A stretch of 64,000 nt of DNA from Setoptus koraiensis (Eukaryota; Animalia; Arthropoda), in assembly GCA_048013815.1 (NCBI GenBank), contig CM106585.1:15190001-15254000 (forward strand), read 5' to 3'. Below the pieces are notes generated by a model. It did not search any database, had not been told where the DNA came from, and saw only the letters and a list, made by a program, of their open reading frames with translations. The first letter of the stretch is position 1; each line of letters starts with the position of its first letter. A program made the translations under genes and the position numbers. Below, piece after piece: positions 34,061 to 46,568 of the stretch.

Positions 34061-37000
34061 TGCTCTGTCCATACAGTAACACAGTCATGCACTCGCTCGC
34101 CCTATTAAGCACTGCGAACCCTTTCATAAATTAAACCCTCGCCTTACGTAACAACTGACGTAATGCACTCACAATGGCAAGCCGGTGGCGCCAGAGCTTG
34201 AACTCGCACACATCGCCCGATAATTTGGCCACTGTGAGCCACTGCTGAGCGTTGTCGGCAGCCGGCCAGCGCCAACATAATAAACTGGCTGTGTTAAAGT
34301 CACCTAGGCTACCTTGTCAATTGAATTGAAACGACGACGACGACAACGATGAACATTCGACATTGACCAGCCACCTGACAGAGATAATTAGCGTTTGCAG
34401 TGCGGCCGCTCATTGCGAAATATCGCCAACATACTATGGTGACCATAGATCACTGATATATGGCCGCACATCGCTGCCATATATCACCACTATGGCCTGT
34501 GAATCGCCAAGACATTTTATTAAAGAAAATGTCTTGGCGAGTGTGTTTAAAATAGACAATGGTATATGTATAGACAATACGTATTTCTTTGCATAATAGG
34601 CCATGTATGCACAATACGCCGATATATACACAATGCGCGTACACTCGCGTACTCGTGTAGCATAAAAATAGAGAGAGAGGATATCGTGAAAATAGCCAGA
34701 GCGGATAATGTGAGAACGGAGAGCGGACAGCGCGAAAATAGCGAGCGGACAGTGCGAAAATAGAGAGCGGATTGTGTGAAAATGGCGAGCGGATAGCTAA
34801 AAAATAGAGAGAGAGAGAGAGGTCAATGGGACGAGATAAAAGGTCGCAAATTGACGGTGCCAGCTAACGAGAGATTTATCGCTCTTGAGACGGCTTTTCG
34901 TCCCGTTTTCGGGCACCTTCCGTCAGCAGGCGGCAGGCGCGCCAAACGAGCCGTGCCCACCGGTTGCGCGGCTAGTTGCGCGGCTATTTGCGCAGTCCGG
35001 CCAGTTACGTAACGAGTTACGTAACTAGTTGCGTAACTAGATCGTGCAGCGCCACTGCACGCGAGCATCGTGCTATTTTCGGCACGTTCCTTCGGCTGAC
35101 TGTGTCGCCAAGTGTGCGCTGACGAGTCCAACAAAAGTTGTGAGGCTCACATTGGTGTCTCACAGTGCGCGCCAATAATCATATGCAACGTCCAACAATA
35201 TGCAACGTCCAGCAATATCCAACGTCCAGCAATATCCAACGTCCAACAATATCCAATGTCCAATAATATCCAATGTCCAATAATATCCAATGTCAATTAT
35301 CTGGCCAGCGCATCTGCTCAACTCTTTATAATTGCCAGACTATTATTGCTAATAATTTAGTAAGTTTATATTGCTAGACTGAGCGGCGAGAGTTGAGCGG
35401 ATTTTGTGTAATTTTGGGTAAATTTGCGCTCACAATCTGGCCAATCCGCTCGACTGGCATTGTCGGTGTTGTCGGTGTTGTCGGTGTTGTCGGGTGCTTG
35501 CGATTTGCGCTGAACGTCGACGCTTTTGGGGGCCGGCGATGGGCACTGGCGGCGATGGGCACTGGCGGAGATGGGCACTGGCAGAGATTGGAATCAGCGA
35601 TCAACAATCAACGAGAAATGTGTTATTATGCGCATAATGTCCGCCTAATGATTTATGTGACTCATATGATGTGTGTGTCCACTTATCATGTTGCGCAATC
35701 TAATGTCGACCTAACTCACAAGTCAGACCTAATTCAGGCACCTTTCGTGTAGCTGACAGTCGCAGTGAGTGTTGGCCCACTGCCAACTGCTGGCATGTAT
35801 TACATAACTAAATGCTGATGTGTTTGATATAACTAAACGCTGACATGACTCAACTAACTGAATATAAGTGAAATGGCCGCAATGGCCAAAGATTGGCCCG
35901 CCAGACAGCGATTGTTATCTCAATGTGTTAGTAGTAATAACACACAAAGATAAAGGATGATCTAAATGATTTCGAAATCACCCTCGGCTCGACACACAAT
36001 TGCCGATTAGATAAGATTACGTCACTGGCCAGTGTGTGTCCATATCTGGTTGCGTGTTGCTTGCGTCGGTTGGTTTGTTGAGTTATGTTTCGAGTTGCGT
36101 AAGTCGCGCCGTCTGACATCACAGGCTGTGATAGATAGACGGCGACAGTAATTAGAGTGCCATTGCAATATTTCACACACACACACACACACACACAACC
36201 GAGAAAAGACCAACGGACAACGTGTGACGCAACACTCTCGTTCTCGTTAACCTTTCACCTTATTGTGAGCTCGCCTATTGCGCAACGCTCGCAGCCATGC
36301 TGATGCAAATCACGGCATGTATCATGCCGGCCAGTGATCTATTGGCCGGCCGGCCTGATGAGCGGTGTGTGTGTGTTGCGCAACAAGTAGCGCAACAATA
36401 AGTGGCCACTTGCCACTTATTGGTCAAACGCACACCGCACCAATCCAATAACATCCAATAACATCCAATAACATGTTACCATTGTATAACACATATTTAC
36501 ATGTTACATCATCGCTGATGATGACGACTCACAACAGAGCAGACGATGCAACGGACAGCTGATTGATGATTGCATCAGTTGCATCAGTTGCATCAGTTGC
36601 ATCAGTTGCATCAGTTGCGTCAGTTGAGATGAGCGCTCGTTATCGGCATCATCATCGGCATTAATAACACGCTTGCGCAATAAATATAGATTTAAATTCA
36701 ATCGCCTAGCCACTATCTCATCACACTAATGAGCGATGCTGATACCCTAATCTCGCCACTTGCTCACCGCCAGGCTCACCGGCAAGCTCACCGGCTCAAC
36801 GGGCGAGTGCGGCTCAACAGGTGAGTGCGGCTCGACAGGTGAGTGCGGCTCGCTCGCCCGGCGTCTATGGCCGGTAGCCGTGGCAGCAACTCAGGCCAAA
36901 CATAGCCAAGATATATAGCCAGTGTGTAAACTAATACCCGTCTCAAGCGATTTGGCCATAAAATGAAACCGAGCTCATCCGTGCTCATCCAAATTGGACC

Positions 37001-40000
37001 ATCCAATGTCTAGTTACGTAATCCGTTCCGTTGGCCTGTGTGTCGGCCTGTGCGTCTGTGTCTGAACAGGTGAACTGGTCAGAAGGCACTGTAACGGCAC
37101 ACACAATATAATGGTTGCCTCGGGCTATCGGCCTGTCAGGCGATCGCCTCGAGCCATTGGCCGCTTGCGTTCGCGTTGAGCGCCGGCCGAGATTTAACGA
37201 GATTTAATTGGTCAATCATGCGCTCATACTGATCGGCGATACTCACCGCTCTGCCGCTGACCGCTTTGGCCACTGGTCAGCGCCGTCCTAATCAGCGCCC
37301 TGTCAGAGCTGTATCGGCGCCCTATCAGCGCCCTATCAGCGTCGTATCAGCGCCGTATAATGACGACAAAGCCGATGATGCAACTGGCGCTCGCTACAGG
37401 TGAGTTATAGTTCACGGCTTGCCGGTTCATTCATCACCAAATAAAATAATAACAATAATAATAATAAATTGAGTGCTACCAGCACCACCGTGTGTGCATA
37501 CAATATGCGATTGTGCGGTCATGCAACGGCTCTTTTTGTTGCAATACTCAGTTGGTGTCAGTGTGACGACGTCCATGTCATATAATGTGTACAGGCGCCT
37601 GGTGGCGTTAATGTCAGCAACAAGTGTCAGCCATTGTGGTCAGCGGCGTCTGACGTAACACGCCAACAAACACCGTTGCTGTTGTTGTTGTTGCTGTTGT
37701 TGTTGTTGCTGCTGCTGCTGTTGTTGTTGTTGCTGCTGCTGCTGTTGTTGTCGCTGTTGTTGTTGTGATTGAGGCGTGAATTGAATCGGCGCTCTCGTCG
37801 ATGCTGCTGCCGATGATAGCCGGCGGGACGATGAGCAAATAATAACTGATAAATTCAAATGATTATCGGCTCGTTGCTGGCGCCCATCCCGTCGATTGCC
37901 CCCTGTTACAATGGCACCGACGCACCCGGTGCAGCTCAGCACCCGACGCTGCAAGGCACCAGACGCAGCTCAGCACCATAAGCTGCAAGGCACCAGACGC
38001 GGCTCGGCACCAGACGCAGCTCGGCACCAGATGCAGCAAGACTGCACCGAGGCACCAAGTGCAGCGAATGCGCCAAATGGCAGCTCATTAAAAGTCTGTC
38101 GGATATTCACCGACAGATTAACCGATCCGACGGAGTTAATAACTCGCTGGCTCTAACAACGTCTGCTCAATTCATCATTTAAATGAATCATTCGAATAAG
38201 ACGGGCGGATAATTGAAGCGCCGTTGCCATAGTGGCCGCTGAGGCAACCACATATCACGCCAGTCACAGGTAGCAAAGGTAGCAGAGACGGCACAAAGAG
38301 CACTTGTTGGCCACTTTCGTTTTAGGCTAATGTTAATCTATCGTTTTATCTTATTGGTGCCACCAATTGTGCGCCGCTCTCTCTCTCTCTCTCTCTCCAG
38401 CTCGCTCGCCAGCCACTTAATACAATTTCAATGGGATCGGTATTGCCATCTTGAGAATTAGCGTTGGCCAAAAGTTGCCGAGCTGCCGAGCTGCCGAGCT
38501 GCCGAGTCGCCGAGTTGCCGAGTTGCTCAGAGTCGAGAGCGAGAGGAATAAAAAGGCAAAATAAATTCCAAGACGAAGCCAGCATCAACAAACAACAACA
38601 AGTGCCAACAAGAGGAAGGACACACAATAATAGCGGCGGTGCGGTGCGTGTGGTGCGTGTGGTCTTGGCGAGCTAGCCGGCCGCTGACTGTGCAATTTGC
38701 CGATTTGATCTCGGTCGGCGATGCGCAGCGAGTGGCGGCCGCCAGAAGCGGCCGCGAGAAGCGGCTGCGAGTGGCGGTTTTCCCGTCTTTCCCGTCTTTG
38801 CCGTCTTTGCCGCCTTTGCCGTCTTTCCCGTCTTCGCCGTCGTCTCGCTCGCTGGCTCGCTGTCTGGCTGGCTCAATAGCTCACTGTATGGCTCACCGGC
38901 GGCTGGCCGGGGGCTCGCCGGCGGGTCGTCGCGGCCGCTGGGCCTTTCCCGAGCGGTCGCTGGGCCTTTCCCGAGCGACGGCCAACCGACTGAGACCGGG
39001 CGAAGAAGAAACGGCCAAGTGCCGGCGCGACGAGCGGCGAGCGGCGAGAGTCGGGCTCCAGAGCGAGACAGTGAGAGCGAGCGAGAGTGTGAGAGAGAGA
39101 GAGAGAGCCACCCACTGGCGAGCAACAAGTGGCAGGCACTTGTTATTTGCGTCGTCGGGGCGGCGCCTGTCGGAATCTTCTCCACACTTGGGGCTGTTGC
39201 GGCGGCGGCGGCGGCGGCGAGCTTGCCAGCGAAGCGTGAGCCGGCGTCGGCTTGCGTGCCCTTGCGCAGGCTCTGGCGGAGGCGTAAAACAATAACATGG
39301 ACGCAACAGGTGAGTGTGGCGCGGCAGTGAGAGTGACTTGAGCCCCAGCGACGCCAGCCAGAGACAGCCAGAGCGCGCGAGTATACAACTGCAAATAACT
39401 GGCTGGCGATTTCCGTTGGCTGACGCTTGCCAGAGATAGAGAGATGAGCTCGAATAACGGTAAGCTTCTCGGTAAGCGGCTCGGACAGCATGCACAGGTA
39501 ATACGCATAAGCGACGCGAGACACAAGCGACAGGTAGGCACATACGATATAAGCGACGCAAGATATAACGGCGACAGGTAGGCACAGCGGACAGGTGCGG
39601 CCAGTCTAATCTATCTAATGGTATTAAATGAATGGAGGAGAAGATGGCCGTTAGTTTGTTTCTCGTTGTTTGTAGTAGTGAGATATTGACATAACATACA
39701 TGAGTCAACACAGCAACGGACACACAATATACACAATATACAGACTATACAGACTATACAGACTATACAGAATATGCACACAACGACAACAGCAACAACG
39801 ACAACAGCAACAGCAACAGCAACAACGATAGCGACAACGACGACGACAACAGTTTGTTACAATACACGACACAACAACCGACTGACATCGCCGCTACCTG
39901 TTATGTAATCGTCGGCGCCAGCCTCACCAGTGTCCGGCCAGCAAGCGGCCACAAGCAGCAGATTAAGTGAACACACACACACACACAGCAGATAGAAATA

Positions 40001-40307
40001 AAAATGATAATCAAAATCAAAGTGATTACATCATCGTAAACATGTAAACTGTCACAGAGTGTCTCTGTTTCATTCAGACTGTTTCATTCAGACTGTTTCA
40101 TTGGGACTGTCATTGGCACTGGCCCACATCAAGTAGCCAGTTCACACACAGTAAATTAAACTTAGCGAGCAACTTTCACTAGCTCGCCCCACTGCACCAC
40201 TTATCCGACTTATCGTGCGCGGCTCACCTGGCGGCTTACAAACATTGACAAATTATTCCAAGCAAGCCAGCACTTGTAAACAGCGCAGCCAGCACTTATA
40301 AACAAGG

Positions 40308-40817
40308 ATGACTTGTCTAAATGAGTGCCCCCCATTAACGTTGTACGTCCACGACAAGCGCCTAGACCAACATCGAGCCGACAGTTATTATGAGCAGCGG
40401 TCAGCGACACTCAACACTGACCACAATCAACATCAGCGCCCCTTGACCACAGCTTCTGTTGCACAGCATAGCCATACAATTCAACACAACATAAGGCGCA
40501 CAAGCAAGCCACAACAAACAGCAGCAGCAGCAGCAGCAACAACAACAACAACTAGTTATCATTATCGTTATCTTACAAATGCCAATGATTCATTTGATCA
40601 ATTGGACCCCATGATGATGATATCTGCACAGCGGCCACTACTATGCGACAGCGCTCACCAAGAGAGGCCGCCAATCATCGATCACAACAGCACACAGAAG
40701 CAAGAACAAATTACGCAACAATCGCCGATCTGTTGTCACCTATTAGATACTGGTCGTAGCTTATTGGCGACAATGAAGAATCAAGTCAACGCTGTTGCCG
40801 CGCTACTGCCGCCAGCC

Positions 40818-40848
<31 letters not shown>

Positions 40849-41421
40849 GCAGCAGCAGCACCAACAACAACAACCTGAAGCAGCAAAACAGCGCCAGCAA
40901 ATCAATGCGCCAGTCGCAAGCATTATGCAAATTAGCAACGTTCAAATGTAAAACGTCATCGTTACTATCATTAACAGTGCCATTAATTAGTATTGTCCTA
41001 TTGTTGTTGACACTACAACAACAACAAACAACCACAAATGTTTGTTTGGCTCAATTGTTGCCCGCGCAACCCCGTGAGAGGGCCACCGTCTTGTTGCCCA
41101 GTGATAGGCTCATGAGCTCGGTGGGTGTGTTACCGATGACCCAAAACCAGAACCAGAATTTGAATTTGAATTTGAACCAGAAACAACAAGCTGCCACCAC
41201 AGCGCCAACTAACGTCACACTGCCGTCGCTTGACTCCATAGCGTCTAATGAGCCCGCTGGTAATCAACTATTGGCCACTTTGGCCACTCAATCGGGCCCC
41301 TTAATTGACGACGAGCTGCTAAATGAAATTATATCGCCCTTAGTGCTGGACGAGGCATATCAGACAGCCAAAGAGATGATAGTGAAAAGGCGCAAGCTCG
41401 AGACACAATTGATCCGCGAGG
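40308..41421 (+). CDS. Chorion peroxidase/peroxinectin-like, exon 1 (start uncertain: ATG 40308 or an internal ATG such as 40905)
   Basis: Long open frame with a hydrophobic LLSLTVPLISIVLLLLTL segment. It ends CGC GAG G|GTGAGT (phase 1), which matches exon 2. Confidence 0.65.
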
Positions 41422-41706
41422 GTGAGTTACTATTCACGACCATTCACGACTAATCACGACCATTCACGACTATTCACAATGCAACGTTATCATCGCATGA
41501 TAATCGTTATGACTGCAATCAGTCATGATTCGACCTGTTGGCCTGTTGAAAATGATTAATTGATTTATAATCGCCGCTCGAATCGCGTACAACCAATGGA
41601 TAATGCCGACACACTAATTACATATTACAAACTACTAAATTAACTAATTAACATCTCTCGTCTGTCAAATGCATCCGCTACCCACTGTCAACTGTCACTG
41701 GCACAG

Positions 41707-41839
41707 GATTCGTCACCGACATGAGCAAACCAACCGCCGTGGCAAGGCACCAACGCGTTACAACAACCACAACGCGCGGCAATGAATTAGAGAAGGCACA
41801 GGAAGTGTTCGAAGAGATGACACGCTTATTGGCCAGAAA
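41707..41839 (+). CDS. Peroxidase exon 2 (GFVTDMSKPTAVARHQRV...EEMTRLLAR)
   Basis: CACAG|GA acceptor and AA|GTGAGT donor; phases 1/2 link exons 1 and 3. Confidence 0.7.
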
Positions 41840-44800
41840 GTGAGTTTATTACATAATACAATTAATTGATTGATTGCTCGATTTTGCCGATTTTGCCGAT
41901 TTTGCCCATTTTGCCCATTTTTGCCTATTTTGGCCATTTTTGCCTATTTTGCCCATTTTGCCCATTTCGCCCCCATTCGATGTCACCCAACTCGCTGTCA
42001 CCGGTTGATGTTTGAATTTGATTTGAGTGTTTGCTTGTGTCCAGTACTTTTTGCTTTACAATTTTTTGTTAGTTGCATGCGTCAAATGAGAGTGGTCAGT
42101 GATCGAGATTGTCAGAGTGATGTGATGCTGTTCAATGTTCGATTCGATGGGCGCCGTCACTCGATTCACCAATGAATAGCGATTGGTAAATTCAGTATAA
42201 ATTCATTGGTAAATTCATTGATAAATTCATTGATAAATTCAGTATAAATTCATTGGTGAATCCAGTGTAAATTCATTGGTGAATCCAGTATGAATTCTTC
42301 GATGAATTATATAAATGCAGTGTAATAAATACAATTGGTAATCGCTGATTTGATGGACTCGTATGAGAGTTGGTGCGCGTGCGTTGGCCCATTCTCCGAA
42401 TTTATCCGATCCGTCGGCCCGCTGACAATGTGAACAAAAGCACCGTACAAAAGCACCGTGTAAAAGTGTGTGTAACCTGAGCGATATTCGGGCGACAAAC
42501 ACGACACACTTTGCGTCACACACTGGTCAACAGCACGACAAGTGGGTGCCATCGATTTTGGCCAGCTCACATCCTGTGCGCTGCCATCACCTGTCGCTGT
42601 TTGCCAATTCACCTGTTGTGTGTGTGTGTCGTTTTAGACAACTGGCAGCTGTTAAACATTGGACACACACACACACACATATAATGACTCTATCTCAGCC
42701 GAGTGACATTTGATTTGCGATTTGATACTGGACAGACGGACGGACAGACGGACGGACAGACGGACGGACAGACGGACGGACAGCGGCGGCCAGCGGCGGC
42801 CAGCGGAGCGGAGAAAGTGACAGTTGTTTGACAGTTGTCTAACGCCAATGCTTATTGGTCGCTTATTGGTGGTCAGCTGTGTGCGGTTGTTTGCGGTTGC
42901 GTAACAAGTGCCAATGGCAATGATTGTTCGAGCACTTGGACCCGTTTGATTGGTCGCTGGCACTTGCATTGATTGATTGTGTGTGTGTGTGTGTCGGCTT
43001 CTGGACACCTGATCCAGTCTGCGTCGCTCTTCGCGTCGCTAGCAAATCATATTTGATTTGTTCGACACCACCGACAACAACACTGACAACAACAACACCG
43101 ACAGCAACGACACCGACAGCAACAACACCGACAACAACAGCAGCAGCAGCAGCGACACCAACAGCTACAACAATCGCAACAATTGTTGCCACTCTCTCAC
43201 TCGCTGGCCGCACTAGAAGAAGCGAGCAGAACAAGCTTGCCAATTGCAGCTTGCCCGCTCGATACTCGCTGACCGTCGCAGTGGCGGCGGCGGCGGCGGT
43301 GGCAGCCCCAGCGGATGGCCACACACAAACATGACACACATGACACAAACATTTCACAGGCACAAACAGTCGCTGGTGGCCAGCAGAGAACTTCCTTGTT
43401 GTTGGCGTTGGTCACTAGCACTTGGAGCCGTCGGAACCGTTCGATCTGTCGCTTCGAATCGGAACTGTCGCTGCGAACGTTCGCTTCCAATTTGGACTTT
43501 CGCTCCGAATGCGAACGTTCGCTTCGAATTTGCACTGTCGGACCTGGCGCCAGTTCTAGCGGCTCGACAGTGCACTGTCAGTTGGAACTTGGAACGGACG
43601 CCAAGCGGCGGCCTATCCGTTACGTCGACCTATCCGTTACGTCGGCCTATCCGCTACGTCGAGCTGGCCCTAGGCTGCGCGCAAACCGCAGAGCCCGTTA
43701 TATCTGGCCAGCGGTTTGTTTTCGGTGCAAACTGGCCGGTTTGTTGTCACCTGTTATTTGTTGGCAGTTGTCGCACCTTGGCCGGCGCGGCTCGCCGACC
43801 GGCCAGCGCGGCTCGCCAACCGGCCAGAGCGAGCAAACGCAACAACGGGCGTAAAGGGCACAAATAGAAGTAGGTCGAAATTTGTGGCTCGGCGTCGCAC
43901 GGCCCCAGGCGGCGCTGTGGCCTGCGAGCCTCATCGGCCGTACCAACGGCGGCCGTATGCAAGCGCGTTGTTTCATTATGTAATAGGCATGGCGACAAAG
44001 TGCCACTCGGGCATGAGAAGAGCCGACAATCGGCGGACACTCGACAGCGACAAGTGAATTATGGACAAAGCGCGCTTGCTTGCCACGCCAACATGGCTCC
44101 CGGGCCGGCGGTCATGAGAGCGCTGGACGCAACTCTCAAGGTTTTCATTATCTGGCAAGACAGAAACAGAGAGACGGATTCTTGCACTGTGCAATTGTGT
44201 GCAATTTTGCCAGCATTTGGCATTTGGCATTTCGCTTTCTACATTTTACATTTTACATTTTACACGCACACTCAAGCACGGCCAAGTCCGGCCGCCACAA
44301 TGACACACAAACGTATGATTGTGTGTGGCCATTACGTAATCATTAGCATGCACTGCTTTGGCCCGTCACTCCGATCAGCTGTGGCTGGCTCGCCGAGTGA
44401 GTGTCGTTCGCTGGCAAGCTCGCTCTGGCCAGGCGAGCGAGCGAGCGAGAGCGGCTGGCCAAGACAAAGTGGACATCACGCTCATTCGCTCACAATGGTC
44501 AGTGGTCAGTCACATCTCGCACCTTAATTTTCTCTCTTTTGTTGCGCTTATTTGAGCGCCGCTCGCTCGCTCTGTCCGGCGGCCGAGACGCACAAATATG
44601 CCAACGGCACCGACAACAGCGACACCGACACTGACAACAACGACGACAACGACAACAACGACAACAACGACGACACCGACAACAACGACGACACCGATAC
44701 CGACAACGACGACGGGCTGCCCTAATCACCTGTGGCCGTAATGGCACCAGGTGAGCGGCTTCAATGGGATGTGCAGTTGTTTGGGTTGCAGTCGCGACGG

Positions 44801-46011
44801 CGGTTTGTCGGTGGTAGCCGCCGTAGCTGTCATCTTAATCGGGAGCGGGCAAGCGAAAGTGAGCGCACGCCGGCCGAATGAGGAAAACGCTCGAATGACA
44901 CTGTCGGGTCGCTCGTCGTCGCCCGTCGTTTGTTCCAGCGCGCTCGACAAAGCGACCGAAATCAACCGTCCCGTTCAATTAGACGCACACTCAATGCACA
45001 CAACAGGTGACAAGTGCTCGCCAATTGGCCCACCGAACCCGGCCCGCCAGCGGATCCGGCCCGCCGCGAATTTACGGCCCGTCAGCGAATTTACGGCCCG
45101 CCGCGAATTCACGGCCGACACGCATGGCGCGCTAAACGCACTTGTAAACGGTCGCCAGTTTAGCGAACGCTCTCAAGTTTAGTGTCTAAACGCTCTGCCC
45201 GCGCCTGGACGCGGTGCCGTCGGGCCGGCGCGACCGCGGCCCGCTTGTTGCGCACCTCGTTGCCGACAACATCATCAGCGACACGAACGACAGCGTCGTC
45301 GGGTCACGGCTTCACCTGTGCGCTCGCTGCCCTCTCGTTTGCAGTTGCGGCTGCTTGCGGTCGCTCTCCAGCGCTCCACAGCGACCGCGCTGGCGTCTCA
45401 ACTCGCCCCTCGTTACGTAACCCTCGCTCACCCGACTAGCTCACCCGACTAGCTCACCTGACTAGCTCGCCTGACTCGCTCGCCTGACTCGCTCGCCTGA
45501 CTAGATCGCCTGAGCGGCTCGCCCGGCCCGTTGCGCAACGCTCGCGCTGCTCACCTGGCGATCGTTGGCGTGCGACCGTTGTTAGTGCCGCTGACACAAT
45601 AATAACACAATGCAGCGAGTGCAAATGCAAACAAAGCGCCCGACGGCACGCTGTCGTTGTCTAATCTAATCTATCCGTTTCTTCCTCTCCCGCTCGCTCG
45701 CTCGCCTTCGGCCTGGCGGCTGCCGTGCGCCCATTTGTTCCGCTTAATCTCTGGCGGCGGCGGATTTAGCGGGCCGGAAACGGGTTGAGCGCGCTCTGTC
45801 GGCATATATCACCGCCGTTGCCGGCCTACACGGCGATATTGATCATTAGCATTCGATTCGTCGCTCCTAATCTCTCTGTTGGCTGCCAGCATTAACATTA
45901 TTATCTCGCCCATCGTGTCTCCCGCATCGCAATGCCTCCCATCGCATTGGCTCCCATCGCTCCGGACCGCATTGCTCCCATCACTTCGGACCGCGCAAAT
46001 GTCATGGCTCC

Positions 46012-46083
46012 CATCGCCGCAAATCGCCGCAAATCGCCGCAAATCGCCGCAAATCGCCGCAAATCGCCGCAAATCGCCGCAAA
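46012..46083. repeat. 10-bp tandem repeat AAATCGCCGC, about 7 copies, just upstream of the exon 3 acceptor
   Basis: Six perfect units at 46021-46080. Confidence 0.9.
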
Positions 46084-46125
46084 TGGCGCCAACTCGCAAC
46101 AAATCGCCGACAGCCTGACCGACAG

Positions 46126-46568
46126 GATCCACTTGGGGGCCAGCCAGGCGGGATTGGGCGCGGAACAGGCGGACATGTTCGAGACGGCCGACAGCATGCA
46201 ACTGCTGTCCAGGATTGATCTGCACGCCGGCGAAACGCGACACGCCGTATCGAGGTGCGAGGAGGACCAAATCATACAATGTGATCCCAATTTTCCGTTC
46301 CGTCACTCCGATGGTAGCTGCAACAACCTGCAGCACCCCACTTGGGGCAAGGCAAACACATGCTTTGCCCGGCTGCTGCCGCCCGATTACAGCGACGGGC
46401 AGTCCGCGCCGCGAATCTCCATTACGGGCAACCCGTTGCCTAATCCCCGTATCCTGTCCGCCATTGTGCATCGCGACTTCAATTATCCCGCCACCTATAC
46501 ACATTTTGTGATGCAATACGGACAGTTTTTTGCGCACGACATAGCGTTCACACCGAGCTCAAGAACAA
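46126..46568 (+). CDS. Peroxidase exon 3 (CDPNFPFRHSDGSCNNL...MQYGQFFAHDIAFT, distal His)
   Basis: Animal heme peroxidase motifs; GACAG|G acceptor and A|GTAAGT donor. Confidence 0.92.

Noticed and set aside
28473-39723. Long ORFs such as 31315-32238, 38673-39524 and 38893-39723
   Set aside because: GC-rich, stop-poor repeat sequence with mutually overlapping frames and no family motifs or consistent splice structure.
39494-39900. Cluster of CAGGTAG/CAGGTAA (Zelda TAGteam-like) motifs upstream of the peroxidase
   Set aside because: The motifs are partly produced by a local duplication, and Zelda is not known from chelicerates, the inferred lineage.
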